From: Candidatus Poribacteria bacterium
GTDB taxonomy: Bacteria; Poribacteria; WGA-4E; GCA-2687025
Assembly (NCBI GenBank): GCA_963665845.2
Contig: OY762492.1
Location: forward strand, 320,001 to 384,000
Direction of reading: 5' to 3'
Length of the DNA: 64,000 nt
The notes under the pieces were generated by a model that ran no database searches, was not told the DNA's origin, and was given only the letters and a program-made list of their open reading frames with translations. Below are positions 28,711-39,313 of the stretch, one piece after another (position 1 is the first letter of the stretch; each line of letters starts with the position of its first letter). The position numbers and the translations under genes are program-made.

Positions 28711-30627
28711 TTAGCCCGGCATGATGCGGTAAGGAACCCCCGTAAACAGCCCAACCAGTATCCAGACCCCGCCAATCAGCGCATCCCCGACCACAACCCC
28801 CAAGAAAAACGGACGCCACCGCCGATACCCTCGAAAACCGAGCGCCTTCAAAATCATAAACTTAAACGCCCAGCCCCAGAAAAACGAAAACCAGACCGTA
28901 TGCGGCGCCCAACTGGTCGTCATCGCATAACCCAGCGGATGCAGACGCCACCATGTGAACCGATAGCGCAAAAAAATGAGACCCGACATCGCCGCCGTCC
29001 CGACGCCCATATAACCCAGCTCCGTCCAGCTGGTGTCCGACTGCGCCAATATCTGCCGCGACGCCCGCTGAAACGGCTCCTGCGCCGGCCAATAACCGAG
29101 ATTCAAACCGCCTTTGGAATACCAGAGCCACACGCCCGCAATATACGCCGTGAAGATTCCGAGCAGTATCGCCGCCGCCATCGGAAAAATCGTCTTGCGT
29201 CGCGGAACCTTGACCGCGTCCGCCGCCTTCAACGAGTTCATCATATGCGGCATCATGAACTCCCGCAGGTCGAACATGAGCGTTTTTTCATACGCCAAGA
29301 GCGTTAAATCCCGCGGCGGAATGCGCGCCGTCCCAAGCGGTATCGTTAGATAATCGGACGGGCGGAAGATCGCCAGCAGGAAAAAGAAGCCGCCGTCCGT
29401 CACCATCCATGTCAGCACAACGCACATGACAAAAAACAGCAAATGAACCGACAACGCCACCCAAAACGACATCCCCGCCAGCTTGCATAGAAAACTGAGC
29501 GCAAGGATTCCTCCGACGACGCCGAAAAACGCCGCGCGGTACGGCAGCGCCTCCTCCTCGTCCGAAGCGTCTGTCCTCATACCGAGCGCCTTGCGGGCGA
29601 TGCCGCCGAGATGACCCCGCGCCAGCCACAGCACATAAACAAACAGCGCCAGATACCCGCCCATTTCCTGGCGGTTCGCCATTGTCCATCCGCTCACATT
29701 CAACCCGAACGCGATCGACGCGACGCTCTGCGCCTTATACACAAGATAAAAAAGCCAGAAGCTGAGCGACACATCCAACGGCAGCAGGTAGGTGAAACCG
29801 ATCACGGTCGGATACAGATGCATATGCAGCCAGCGCAAACCCGTCCACGGCCGGTCTGAAAAGAGCGGGTTCGGGTTGAACCCCATCGGTATTTGCGGGA
29901 AGGAGGGTATATGCGCGTGGACGCCGTTGACAAGATGAATCGCAACCGGTATGGAGCATCCGAGCCATGTCATTTTGTTGCGGAAGAAGGCGTTGAACGC
30001 GCCGCCGCCGCTCGGCTCTAGCGTCATTTCGGCGGGCAGTTTCACCAGCGGGAAGGCGAACCGCTCATGCTCAACCCACTGCTTGCGCAGCATGACCGAC
30101 CCGCACAGCATGACAAGATAGCTCAAAAGAACATACCCGATCCAGATCAGCGCGGGGCGGATCCACAGCTCCCACGGGATTCGCCCGTTCGGCCCGACGC
30201 CCTCATAAAACTGACGCGCCGCCTCCGGATCGCTCACCACAAGCCATTCGGGAATATGCGGATACAGCAGGTTCGCCCAATCGTTCGACTCATTGGCGAA
30301 GTAGTAGGGAGAGGTGAGCATGAACAGGTGATAGCGCAAAAATCCGGAGGATGGGATGCCCGACGCGACGATCATCATGATCCATATGACCATCAGCTCC
30401 GCGGCGGAAAAGGCGGCGGAGGGGCGTATGCGCCGAAGGACAGGGTTCATAACGAGAATCAGCAGCGAAAAGAGAAAAAACTGCCCAATCGGAAAATGGT
30501 TGCCGGCGATGAACGTGTTGCGGACATAGTAATCGTTATACGGCGTCAAGGCGGAGAGAAAAACCACATACAACGCCCCGACGCCCAACGCGCGCCATGT
30601 GAACCCTCTTCGAACGCCGTTACTCAT
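28711..30627 (-). CDS. Polytopic membrane protein, DUF6785/DUF6784-like (OPT-related putative transporter)
   Basis: Many TM helices; WIRP, QWVEHERFAFPL, WWRLHPLGY, PFFLGVVVGD. Confidence 0.7.
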   Translation of the reverse strand: MSNGVRRGFTWRALGVGALYVVFLSALTPYNDYYVRNTFIAGNHFPIGQFFLFSLLILVMNPVLRRIRPSAAFSAAELMVIWIMMIVASGIPSSGFLRYHLFMLTSPYYFANESNDWANLLYPHIPEWLVVSDPEAARQFYEGVGPNGRIPWELWIRPALIWIGYVLLSYLVMLCGSVMLRKQWVEHERFAFPLVKLPAEMTLEPSGGGAFNAFFRNKMTWLGCSIPVAIHLVNGVHAHIPSFPQIPMGFNPNPLFSDRPWTGLRWLHMHLYPTVIGFTYLLPLDVSLSFWLFYLVYKAQSVASIAFGLNVSGWTMANRQEMGGYLALFVYVLWLARGHLGGIARKALGMRTDASDEEEALPYRAAFFGVVGGILALSFLCKLAGMSFWVALSVHLLFFVMCVVLTWMVTDGGFFFLLAIFRPSDYLTIPLGTARIPPRDLTLLAYEKTLMFDLREFMMPHMMNSLKAADAVKVPRRKTIFPMAAAILLGIFTAYIAGVWLWYSKGGLNLGYWPAQEPFQRASRQILAQSDTSWTELGYMGVGTAAMSGLIFLRYRFTWWRLHPLGYAMTTSWAPHTVWFSFFWGWAFKFMILKALGFRGYRRWRPFFLGVVVGDALIGGVWILVGLFTGVPYRIMPG

Positions 30628-30630
30628 CGC

Positions 30631-31323
30631 CTATGTCCAGTTATGAACAACATAGGCGGGCGCGGAGCGTTCATCCATCTGAACGCGGACATGGTCGGCA
30701 TCCGGCAGAAACTCGTTGCGGAGCGCGTTCGCGCGGCGGTTCGACAGGCTAAAGTTGAGAAGTTGCCAACGCAAGCCCTCCGTCCTGCAGACGCGCGCCT
30801 CGCCGGCAAACGGAAGAAACGAGACGCGGTTGAGTCCAGACCCTTCCCGCTGAATCGACAGCTTTTCAACGCACAGATAAAGCGCCTCTTTCGGCTCCGA
30901 CAAGCGCGCTTCCGCCCCGGCGTCATGCGCCTCGCGCAACAGCAGAAGGTTGCCGAGAAAATGGTCATGGTCGAAGGCGTCTTGACGCGGGAAGGCGCCA
31001 TGGATGTCGATCTGCCGCGGTTGACGTTCAAGGGCGGCATGCAGGGCGAGCTGTCCGTCGGTGAGGTCTTTGTCGGTTTGCCCTTCCCAACGGCGTTCAA
31101 TGAGCGCGCCGCCGTTTTTCAATTCGGACGGGTCAAGCGAATCAAAGTCGCCGATGACAAGGGGGCGGTTCGGCGCGGGGTCAAGCCAGCCCAGGACGCG
31201 CGCGCCGCCGTCCGCAAAGACGCAGACGGTTCCGCGCTGTTGAGCGGAGCGTTCATAAAACGCGCGCGCCGACAGGTCGTACCGTCCATTCAAAAACAGC
31301 GCGGCGCGCAAGCAATTCGACAT
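30631..31323 (-). CDS. thiN: Thiamine diphosphokinase
   Basis: ADGGA, IGDFDS, DKDLTDGQLAL, DHFLGNL, GLRWQL, LRNE. Confidence 0.8.
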   Translation of the reverse strand: MSNCLRAALFLNGRYDLSARAFYERSAQQRGTVCVFADGGARVLGWLDPAPNRPLVIGDFDSLDPSELKNGGALIERRWEGQTDKDLTDGQLALHAALERQPRQIDIHGAFPRQDAFDHDHFLGNLLLLREAHDAGAEARLSEPKEALYLCVEKLSIQREGSGLNRVSFLPFAGEARVCRTEGLRWQLLNFSLSNRRANALRNEFLPDADHVRVQMDERSAPAYVVHNWT

Positions 31324-31504
31324 GGCTGCAAGTGTAAGCGGTCATGACATATCTGTCAACGCCTGCGCCGATATGGCAGCCCGTAATCGGACAGCGGCGC
31401 GCTCATTCCCGCCTTTCTCCTCGTCGTCATTGCCGCGCCGGGCTAAAACCCGCCCCAGCCCCCTTTTCAAGGGGGAGTCTAGAAATCTACCGCTGGCGCG
31501 ATAA

Positions 31505-31533
31505 TTGCATAGACGCCCTCAAAAGATTATTCT
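31505..31533 (+). promoter_or_regulatory. Sigma70-like promoter for clpB
   Basis: TTGCAT-N17-TATTCT, ending 19 nt before the ATG. Confidence 0.45.
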
Positions 31534-31552
31534 TTAGGGGAAAGGTTGAACA

Positions 31553-34144
31553 ATGAGAATGGAACGATTGACCGTCAAAGCAAAAGAGGCGCTCCAGCTC
31601 GCCCATGAGTACGCCAGCGAGCGCGACCATCCGGAGCTGTCGCCTGAACATACGATGCTGGCTCTCTTAGACCAGACCGAATCGCCCGTCTCCGCGGTCT
31701 TGGAAAGCGCCGGCGTGGAGCCTGCGCAGGCGCGCGCCGAGATACTGGCGGAGGTGGAGAAGAAACCGCGCGTGACCGGCGCCGCCGACCGGCTCATGTC
31801 CTCCAGCTCCCGCCGCGCCCTGGACGACGCTTGGAAGCAGGCAAAAGCGCTCGGCGACGAATACTTGAGCGTTGAACATCTGCTGATTGGCATTTTAAAA
31901 CAGGAAGAAACGTCGGCATCGAAGATTTTGCGCGAGCTAGGCCTCACGCCCGAAACAGCGCTGAAAACGCTGGAAACCGTCCGCGGCGGACACACTGTCG
32001 ACAGCCCCCACGCCGAAGAAAGGTACCACGCCTTAGAACGGTACGGGCGCGACTACACCGCCTTGGCTGAAGCCGGCAAATTGGACCCTGTCATCGGGCG
32101 CGACGCGGAAATACGGCGCGTCATGCAGGCGCTCTCTAGACGCACGAAGAACAACCCGGCGCTCATCGGCGAACCGGGCGTCGGCAAGACGGCCATCGCG
32201 GAAGGCTTAGCGCAGCGCATCGTCGCCGGCGACGTTCCCGAAAACTTAAAAAACAAAAAGCTGGTCGCGCTGGACATGGGCGCGCTCGTCGCCGGCGCCA
32301 AGTTTCGCGGCGAATTTGAGGACCGCCTCAAAGCGCTGCTGAAAGAGATCAACAAGTCGGACGGGCAGATCATACTCTTTATCGATGAAATGCACACGAT
32401 CGTCGGCGCCGGCGCGGCGGAAGGCGCCATGGACGCCTCCAACATGCTCAAACCGGCTCTGGCGCGCGGCGAACTGCGCTGCATCGGCGCGACGACGCTG
32501 GACGAATACCGTAAACGCATCGAAAAAGACGCCGCTCTAGAGCGCCGCTTTCAGCCCGTCCTGGTGAACGAGCCGAATGTGGAAGAGACGGTCGCCATCC
32601 TGCGCGGCTTGAAGGAACGGTATGAGGTGCATCACGGCGTTCGGATACAGGACTCGGCGCTTGTGGCGGCGGCGTCGCTTTCCCGCCGTTACATCTCCGA
32701 CCGGTTCCTGCCCGACAAGGCGGTCGACCTGATGGACGAATCCGCCTCGCGTCTGCGCATGGAGATCGACAGCGTTCCGACGCCCATCGACGAGGTGGAC
32801 AGGCGCATGATCCAGCTGGAGATCGAACGGCGCGCCCTTGAAAATGAAAAAGACGCCGCCTCCAGGGAACGGCTTGAACGGCTCAACAGCGAAACAGCGG
32901 AACTGAAAGAGCGCGCCGCCGCGCTCAAATTGCGCTGGGAATCGGAAAAGCAGGCGATCCAAAACCAGCGCGAAACGATGGAGCGCATCGAACAGCTGAA
33001 AATCGACCTGGAGCAAGCGCAGAGAGAAGGCGACTTTGCCGAAGCGGGGCGCATCCAGTACGGCGACCTGCCTGAAGCGGAGCGGCAGCTGGAAAGCGCC
33101 ATGAAAGCGCAGGACGGAATCGAACCGATGCTCAAAGAGGAGGTGACGCCGGACGACATCGCCGAAGTGGTCGCCTCATGGACAGGCGTGCCGGTCTCGC
33201 GCCTCATGGAAGGCGAAACGAAAAAGCTGATACAGATGGAGAATATCCTGCGCAAAAGCGTCGTCGGACAGGACGAAGCGGTCGAAGCGCTCTCCAACGC
33301 GGTGCGAAGGGCGCGGGCGGGACTGCAAGACGCCGAACGCCCCATCGGTTCGTTCATCTTCTTGGGTCCAACCGGCGTCGGCAAAACGGAACTGGCAAAG
33401 ACGCTCGCCGACTTCCTGTTCGACTCCCCCAACGCCATGACCCGCATCGACATGAGCGAGTATATGGAGCGGCACTCCGTCGCGCGTCTGATTGGCGCGC
33501 CGCCCGGATATATCGGGCATGACGAGGGCGGACAGCTGACCGAAGCGGTGAGACGCAAGCCGTATTCGGTCGTCCTGTTTGACGAAATCGAAAAGGCGCA
33601 CCCGGAGACGCTGAACGCGCTGCTGCAGGTTCTGGACGACGGGCGCATGACCGACAGCCAAGGGCGCGTCGTCGACTTCCGAAACGCGGTCATCGTCATG
33701 ACCTCCAACATCGGCAGCCTGTGGATACAGGAGGCGGAGGATGCGGACGCGGCGCGCGAAAAGGCGGACGCGGAATTGAGATCGACCTTCAGACCTGAAT
33801 TCTTGAACCGCATTGACGAGATCATCTTCTTCAACCGCCTGACTCCGGAGGCGCTGGAGAAGATTGTCGACATTCAATTTGCGGAGCTGAAACAACGCGC
33901 GGCAGAGAAAAAGTTGACACTCTCGTTGACCGACGCGGCGCGCCGATGGATCGCTGAAAAAGGGTACGACCCCGCCTACGGCGCGCGTCCGCTCAAACGG
34001 CTCTTTCAACGCGAGATATTGAATCTGCTGGCGAAAAACATGTTAAAGGGCGAAGTGAAAGACGGCGCCGAAGTCGAAATCGACCTGAACGAAAGCGGGC
34101 AGATTGCCTTCAATGTGAACTATCCCGTTCAACAAGCCTCATGA
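31553..34144 (+). CDS. clpB: ATP-dependent chaperone ClpB
   Basis: Two AAA+ domains ([16 protein letters not shown]), coiled-coil M domain, no ClpP-binding IGF loop seen. Confidence 0.97.
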   Translation: MRMERLTVKAKEALQLAHEYASERDHPELSPEHTMLALLDQTESPVSAVLESAGVEPAQARAEILAEVEKKPRVTGAADRLMSSSSRRALDDAWKQAKALGDEYLSVEHLLIGILKQEETSASKILRELGLTPETALKTLETVRGGHTVDSPHAEERYHALERYGRDYTALAEAGKLDPVIGRDAEIRRVMQALSRRTKNNPALIGEPGVGKTAIAEGLAQRIVAGDVPENLKNKKLVALDMGALVAGAKFRGEFEDRLKALLKEINKSDGQIILFIDEMHTIVGAGAAEGAMDASNMLKPALARGELRCIGATTLDEYRKRIEKDAALERRFQPVLVNEPNVEETVAILRGLKERYEVHHGVRIQDSALVAAASLSRRYISDRFLPDKAVDLMDESASRLRMEIDSVPTPIDEVDRRMIQLEIERRALENEKDAASRERLERLNSETAELKERAAALKLRWESEKQAIQNQRETMERIEQLKIDLEQAQREGDFAEAGRIQYGDLPEAERQLESAMKAQDGIEPMLKEEVTPDDIAEVVASWTGVPVSRLMEGETKKLIQMENILRKSVVGQDEAVEALSNAVRRARAGLQDAERPIGSFIFLGPTGVGKTELAKTLADFLFDSPNAMTRIDMSEYMERHSVARLIGAPPGYIGHDEGGQLTEAVRRKPYSVVLFDEIEKAHPETLNALLQVLDDGRMTDSQGRVVDFRNAVIVMTSNIGSLWIQEAEDADAAREKADAELRSTFRPEFLNRIDEIIFFNRLTPEALEKIVDIQFAELKQRAAEKKLTLSLTDAARRWIAEKGYDPAYGARPLKRLFQREILNLLAKNMLKGEVKDGAEVEIDLNESGQIAFNVNYPVQQAS

Positions 34145-34312
34145 CTAAAGTTGGAACAGCTGAACGAACAAACCCATTATGGATCCGAAAAAAGCGTTGT
34201 CAACCTGGTCGTCATTCCCGCCCCTGCGGTAAAACGTGCGGGAATCTAGAGGCGCCGCAGACGATGTCCGCATTCGCATCCAAGCATGTCCCAACTAAAG
34301 ACGTAAGGTCAG
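34133..34312 (-). mobile_element. Full-length diverged MITE-A copy, inverted, overlapping the clpB stop codon
   Basis: Aligns end to end with the reverse complement of 5623-5790; ends catgtcccaactaaagacgtaaggtcag. Confidence 0.7.
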
Positions 34313-34314
34313 TC

Positions 34315-37300
34315 ATGACGCTCCAAATGGAGCGGCCGTTCTTTTTTTGGGTTAAGGCGCTCCTGTTGATCCTTTGCCCGCTGTCCGCCGATGCGCAAAC
34401 GCTGCCTGCGCAGTGGCTCTCTGCGTCCCCCCTGTCGCTTCAAGGCGGACGCGCCGCGCATGCCGATATTGCCGCCGAGGGGGCGCATGCCGCGGTTGTG
34501 TGGAGCGGCGAAGCGTTCGGCGTCCAGACGCTGTTTTGGAGAGAAAGCCATGACCGAGGCGAGACATGGGAGCCGATAACGCTGCTGTTCCCGCCGGACG
34601 CTGAACGGAGCGAACCGAGCCTAGCGCACGACGGAACCGCGCTCTGGATCGCATGGACGCAGCGCGGCGCCGACGGCGAAACCGACATCTGGACGGCGCG
34701 CCAAACGCAGAACGGCTGGTCGACGCCGAAGCGCGCCTCCGCGGGCGGCTCTGCGGCGCGCCCGCGCCTTGCTGTCACGCGCTCAAGTCCGCGGCGCGTC
34801 GGGCTTGTGTATGAGGACAGGTCAAGCGCCTTCCCGCGCGCCATGCTTGTAGAATCGGACGACGGCGGCGCATGGTCGGCTCCGCGTCCGCTGGGAGACC
34901 CCGCCGCGCCGTCCGCTCAACCGGACATCGCCGTAACAAAAGGCGTCTTTCATCTGGTGTGGCAAGATTTTCAGACGCCTCAACCGCATCTGTATTACGC
35001 GGCGCGCGGCAGAGGATTCGCTTCCCCGATTCGCCGTCTGTCGCAAACGCCCGGCGTCCGTTCGCCGTTTATCGACGCCAGGGACGGCAAGCTGCTCGCC
35101 GTCTGGGAAAGGCGGTCGGACGCCGGCGGCTCCGACATCTACGCGGCTCTCGGCGATTCCAACACGCGCGAATGGACTCCCCCCTCCCCCTTGACAAACG
35201 CCGACTGGCAATCGGCGCGTCCAACAGGCGCCGTCTGGGGAGGAGGCGCTGTCGTCGTTTGGCAGGACGGCAGAAGCGGCAGGTTCGATCTTTACGCCGT
35301 CCAAATGCGGCAAGACGGATCTTGGGAAACCCCTTTCCCGCTTGTCGAATCGTCCGCTCCGTCGATGCATCCGAGAATGTCGGCGCCTGTCGATTTGCCA
35401 GGAGGACAGGCGCAGCTGGTATGGATCGAAAACGGCGCCGTTCTGCATTCCGCGCGCGACTCGATTTCGCCCGATCAACCCTCCCAGCCCGTCCATTTTG
35501 ATCTCTCCGCCAACGCGGGATGGGACGACGACGGAACGCTCCTGTTTCGATGGAAAGAAACGCCCGAAGCCCATGCCTATCAAGCCGACGTAACGATCAA
35601 CGGCGCCGAAACTCAAACCTTCATGCTGGACGCCCCAAACCTTACACTGACGCTGGCGGCGGGAACGGCGGCTTTAACCGTAACCGCCGTAGACGCTGTC
35701 GGAAACGCAAGCGAACCTTCCCTATCAAGCCTTCCTGTGCGCGTCGACTCGATCCCGCCGGCGCTGCGAATTCACCGCCCTGTCGACGGCGAACATCTTT
35801 TCACAGAATACGCCGCCCTGTTTTCATGCGTGGACGCGAATCTGATAGCATGCGTCGTTGAGATCGGCGACGGGGAGAACCCGTCCGAATGGACGCCGCT
35901 GGCAGGTCCGTTCATCGACTCGTTTGAGGAGCCGAAGTCGGCGCTGTTTCAAGTGAACAGGCGCGGCGGCGTCATAACGCTCCGCGTGCGCGCCGAAGAC
36001 GCCGCCGGCAACCTTTCCGAAGCGTTCGCGCGCGCCGTTGTGGATGTTGAGGAACCGCCGGCGGCGCAGATCGAAACCCACTCTCCGCTGTGGGAGGAGC
36101 CGACTTTAGACGCCGGCAGGCGGGATGTCGACTGGTCCGACGCGGCGCAGCGGCTCGCCTACATCTCGGATGAATCTGGAGCCGCCGATCTCTGGACGGC
36201 GCGGCTGGACGGCTCCGGCGCCTCTCCCGCGTCGGCGGACGCTTTTCTAGACGCCTCCCCGTCATGGCATCCGAACGGGAGATGGATCGCGTATGCGTCG
36301 CGGCGCGGCGGCGCGTGGCAGATCGCGGCGCGCGACTGGCGAACAGGCGAGGAACGCCCGCTCATCATGTCGGAATACGAGGACCGCGAACCGTCCTGGT
36401 CTCCCGACGGAAGCGCGCTGGCGTTTGTGAGCGCGCGAAACGGGCGCCATGAGATCTATCTGCTTGAAAACGCCGAGGAAACGCTGAACGGGGCGCCCCC
36501 GCTCATTCGGCGCGCCGCTCGAGGCGGCGTCCCCGGCAGACGCCCCAGTTGGCATCCGAACGGAACGAAGCTCATTTATGAAACGGTTCAAGGGGGCGCG
36601 CCGCATATCTGGACGCTAGACCTATACGAAGGCGCGCCCCGTCCGCTGATTCAGATTGCCGACTCCCGCGCCCCCGTTTACAGCCCTGACGGAAAGCGCG
36701 TCATGTTCACTCGATTGATCAACGGCTCCCCGTCGCTCTGGGTATGGAGCGCGTTGAGCGGCGACGTTCATCGACTCACCCCTGTAGGGCTAGAGGCGCA
36801 ATTCGGCGTCTGGACGGCGGGAGAGACAGCGGCGTTTGAAACGGTAGGCGGTTTGGCGTCCGCGCCGCTTATGGCGCCTACTCCTAAACTGGAAGCGCGC
36901 ATCGCGTCGCCGAGAAGCGGGTCAGTCGTCAGCGGACGGGTGGAGGTAACAGGCGCCGCGCGCGGCGAACGGTTCGATTCATACGATTTAACCTACGCGC
37001 CCGCCGACAACTCCGCCGCGCCGATCTCCATTACAGGCTCCGCCTCCTCGCCAGTGGAACGGGGCGGGTTCTTAGGTTTATGGAACGCGGAAGGTTTGTC
37101 GGGCGATTTCATTCTTCGGCTCATGGTGAACGGCGCGGAGGGTCAGCCCGCCGTATACGCCGAATCGCGCGTGTCGATTTTGGCGCCGTCCGCCGAGCTG
37201 GACATCCAGGAGCCGGGAAACGGCATGCAAACGTTGGAAAAGGAGATACGCCTGCGCGGGAGGGCGCGCGGTCTGCTGTCGGTCAACGGCGAACGCTTGC

Positions 37301-39312
37301 CGCTCAACGAAGAGGGTTACTTTGACGCGGTCTATCCGCTTCAACTGGGAGAGAACCTGCTGAAATTCGCCCTCCAGGACCAAGCGGGAAGAACGACCGC
37401 GGATGAGCGCGTCGTCCGGCGCGTCTCGCCGACGTTTGAAATACAGCTGGAGACGCCGTCCAACTTTGAGCTGCTTGAAACGCCGTATGCGCGCGTGTCG
37501 GGGCGGGCGGCGGAAGCGCAAACCGTTTGGATCAACGGAGAGACGGCGTCCCTCAGTGAAAACGGCGCCTTTGAACGGTGGACGTCGGCGCCGTTCGAGG
37601 GCGGATATATCGAGGCGCGCGCCGTTGACACTCTAGGCAGGGAGGCGTCTGTACGCCGATGGGTCGCCGTTCGCTCCGACGGCGGCGCGTCCTTGGTGGA
37701 TTCCATCCCGCCGGCGCTCGTGGATCCTAGCCCTCCGTTCAACGCCGTTTTGAGCGATTCGCGCCCTGTCTTCCAAGCGCGCATTTTAGACAACCGCCCG
37801 CTGGAAGGGTTGAGCCTGTCCCTGTTTTTAGACGGCGAGGAGATCGAAGAAGGCGGCTGGCAGCTGGACGCGCAAACGGGCGCCTTCCGCTTTGACCCGC
37901 CGACCGCCTTGCAAGACGGCGCGCATACGCTGCTGATAAAAGGCGCCGACGCCGCCGGCAACGCGCTCATCAACGGCGAATGGCGCGTGACGATCGACTC
38001 GGTTCCGTTGCTGGCGCGGGCGTCGCTTTTTCCCTCTTCTTCGGGCGAGTTCACGGCGGTTCTCTTAACCTCAAACCAGCCGCTGGAGCGCATCGAACGG
38101 GCGCAGCTGCGTCTCAACGGGCAAACCATCGGCGCGCCGTTCCAGTTAAACCGCATCGAAGAGGCGGCGCAATGGCAGGCGCTGTCGCCGTTTTTTGAGC
38201 GCGGCTCCGCCCAGTTTGCATACGCCGCGGTACTGAATGCGCGTCTGGCGGGCGGAGGCGCCGCGCACATCAAAGCGCGCGGGGAAGCGCGCGGACGGGG
38301 CGGAAACCAAGCGGCTGTCCTGTCGGGCGAATATGCGCGCGGGTCGTTGAGCCTTGACGAAACATTGAGCCTGCGTTTGATGAACGGCGTTCAGGCGGAT
38401 TTCTTACCCGCGCTAACAGGCGGAGAGGCGGTCATTCGCTCGGCGGACGGACTGGACGCCGATCTTGCCGTTTCGCAATGGCGCGGGGCGGCGGAGCGCG
38501 GCATGTCTCCAGACCCCCTCGGCGCCTTCACCTATTCCATTGAGACGACCGCGCCGGAAGCGCAGTTTCGGCTGTCGGCGCCGCCTGACTCGGACATGCC
38601 CCGCGCATGGATGCTCTGGGACCGCATACGCCGCCGATGGCGACCTATGCCGATGGTCATGACGGTTCAAGCGGGAGAGAGCGCCGAGGCGGCTCTTCTT
38701 GGAGATTCCCATCCGCCTTATTTGACGCGGGTTGATCTGCCCTCCGCCGCGGCGTCCCGTTTTTATTTGGAGGCGGAATTTGCGGACGACGGAGCCGGCA
38801 TCGACGCGCCGCGCATAACAGCGCAGCTGAACGATTTGCCGGCGCAGGCGGTCGTCCTGTCGGACGAAAATACGGCGCGCGTCCGCTTTATTCCGTCGGA
38901 TCTGCGGCGCGGCTTGCACACGCTCACCCTGAATGTGTACGACCGCGCCGGCAACCGCGCCTCCGAGTCGTTTGAGTTTTTTACGGAGGGCGGATTCGGG
39001 TTCGCCGCGTTTCAATTGGCCCCGAACCCGTCCGCCAACGGCGAAGGGCGCGTCCTGTTTCAACTGACGCAACGGGCAGACGTGACGATGGAGATCTACG
39101 CAATCGACGGGTCGCTCATCTATCGAGACAACCTGTCCGATGTAACAGGCGATTCGTTTGCGCAAAAAGATTGCCGCGAATGCTTTACTTGGGAATTCGT
39201 CAACAATGAGGGGCGGGCTGTCGCTCCAGGCGTGTATATCGTTCAGCTGACCGCGCGGAACGGGAGCGGACAAACAGCGCGCGTGACAGGCAAATGGGCG
39301 GCGCTTCGTTAA
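34315..39312 (+). CDS. Giant secreted protein: BNR/sialidase-like propeller, FN3/Ig-like domains, TolB/PD40 propeller and T9SS-like C-terminal domain; start moved past the MITE
   Basis: SHDRGETW and SDDGGAW Asp-boxes; PSWHPNG/PSWSPDG repeats; D..GN Ig ends; APNPS..IYAIDGSLI..W..N.EG.AVAPGVYIVQL tail. Confidence 0.78.
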   Translation: MTLQMERPFFFWVKALLLILCPLSADAQTLPAQWLSASPLSLQGGRAAHADIAAEGAHAAVVWSGEAFGVQTLFWRESHDRGETWEPITLLFPPDAERSEPSLAHDGTALWIAWTQRGADGETDIWTARQTQNGWSTPKRASAGGSAARPRLAVTRSSPRRVGLVYEDRSSAFPRAMLVESDDGGAWSAPRPLGDPAAPSAQPDIAVTKGVFHLVWQDFQTPQPHLYYAARGRGFASPIRRLSQTPGVRSPFIDARDGKLLAVWERRSDAGGSDIYAALGDSNTREWTPPSPLTNADWQSARPTGAVWGGGAVVVWQDGRSGRFDLYAVQMRQDGSWETPFPLVESSAPSMHPRMSAPVDLPGGQAQLVWIENGAVLHSARDSISPDQPSQPVHFDLSANAGWDDDGTLLFRWKETPEAHAYQADVTINGAETQTFMLDAPNLTLTLAAGTAALTVTAVDAVGNASEPSLSSLPVRVDSIPPALRIHRPVDGEHLFTEYAALFSCVDANLIACVVEIGDGENPSEWTPLAGPFIDSFEEPKSALFQVNRRGGVITLRVRAEDAAGNLSEAFARAVVDVEEPPAAQIETHSPLWEEPTLDAGRRDVDWSDAAQRLAYISDESGAADLWTARLDGSGASPASADAFLDASPSWHPNGRWIAYASRRGGAWQIAARDWRTGEERPLIMSEYEDREPSWSPDGSALAFVSARNGRHEIYLLENAEETLNGAPPLIRRAARGGVPGRRPSWHPNGTKLIYETVQGGAPHIWTLDLYEGAPRPLIQIADSRAPVYSPDGKRVMFTRLINGSPSLWVWSALSGDVHRLTPVGLEAQFGVWTAGETAAFETVGGLASAPLMAPTPKLEARIASPRSGSVVSGRVEVTGAARGERFDSYDLTYAPADNSAAPISITGSASSPVERGGFLGLWNAEGLSGDFILRLMVNGAEGQPAVYAESRVSILAPSAELDIQEPGNGMQTLEKEIRLRGRARGLLSVNGERLPLNEEGYFDAVYPLQLGENLLKFALQDQAGRTTADERVVRRVSPTFEIQLETPSNFELLETPYARVSGRAAEAQTVWINGETASLSENGAFERWTSAPFEGGYIEARAVDTLGREASVRRWVAVRSDGGASLVDSIPPALVDPSPPFNAVLSDSRPVFQARILDNRPLEGLSLSLFLDGEEIEEGGWQLDAQTGAFRFDPPTALQDGAHTLLIKGADAAGNALINGEWRVTIDSVPLLARASLFPSSSGEFTAVLLTSNQPLERIERAQLRLNGQTIGAPFQLNRIEEAAQWQALSPFFERGSAQFAYAAVLNARLAGGGAAHIKARGEARGRGGNQAAVLSGEYARGSLSLDETLSLRLMNGVQADFLPALTGGEAVIRSADGLDADLAVSQWRGAAERGMSPDPLGAFTYSIETTAPEAQFRLSAPPDSDMPRAWMLWDRIRRRWRPMPMVMTVQAGESAEAALLGDSHPPYLTRVDLPSAAASRFYLEAEFADDGAGIDAPRITAQLNDLPAQAVVLSDENTARVRFIPSDLRRGLHTLTLNVYDRAGNRASESFEFFTEGGFGFAAFQLAPNPSANGEGRVLFQLTQRADVTMEIYAIDGSLIYRDNLSDVTGDSFAQKDCRECFTWEFVNNEGRAVAPGVYIVQLTARNGSGQTARVTGKWAALR

Positions 39313-39313
39313 C

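Noticed and set aside
31330-31552. CIRCE operator before clpB or TPP riboswitch before thiN
   Set aside because: No TTAGCACTC-N9-GAGTGCTAA and no TPP core (CUGAGA) seen
30067-33873. Long antisense ORFs (30067-31347 on +, 32689-33873 on -) and similar shadows such as 59645-60535
   Set aside because: Opposite-strand shadows of well-supported genes, expected in GC-rich DNA
34141-34314. 58-aa N-terminal extension of the 1723-aa ORF
   Set aside because: It is read-through of MITE-A; the signal peptide begins after 34315
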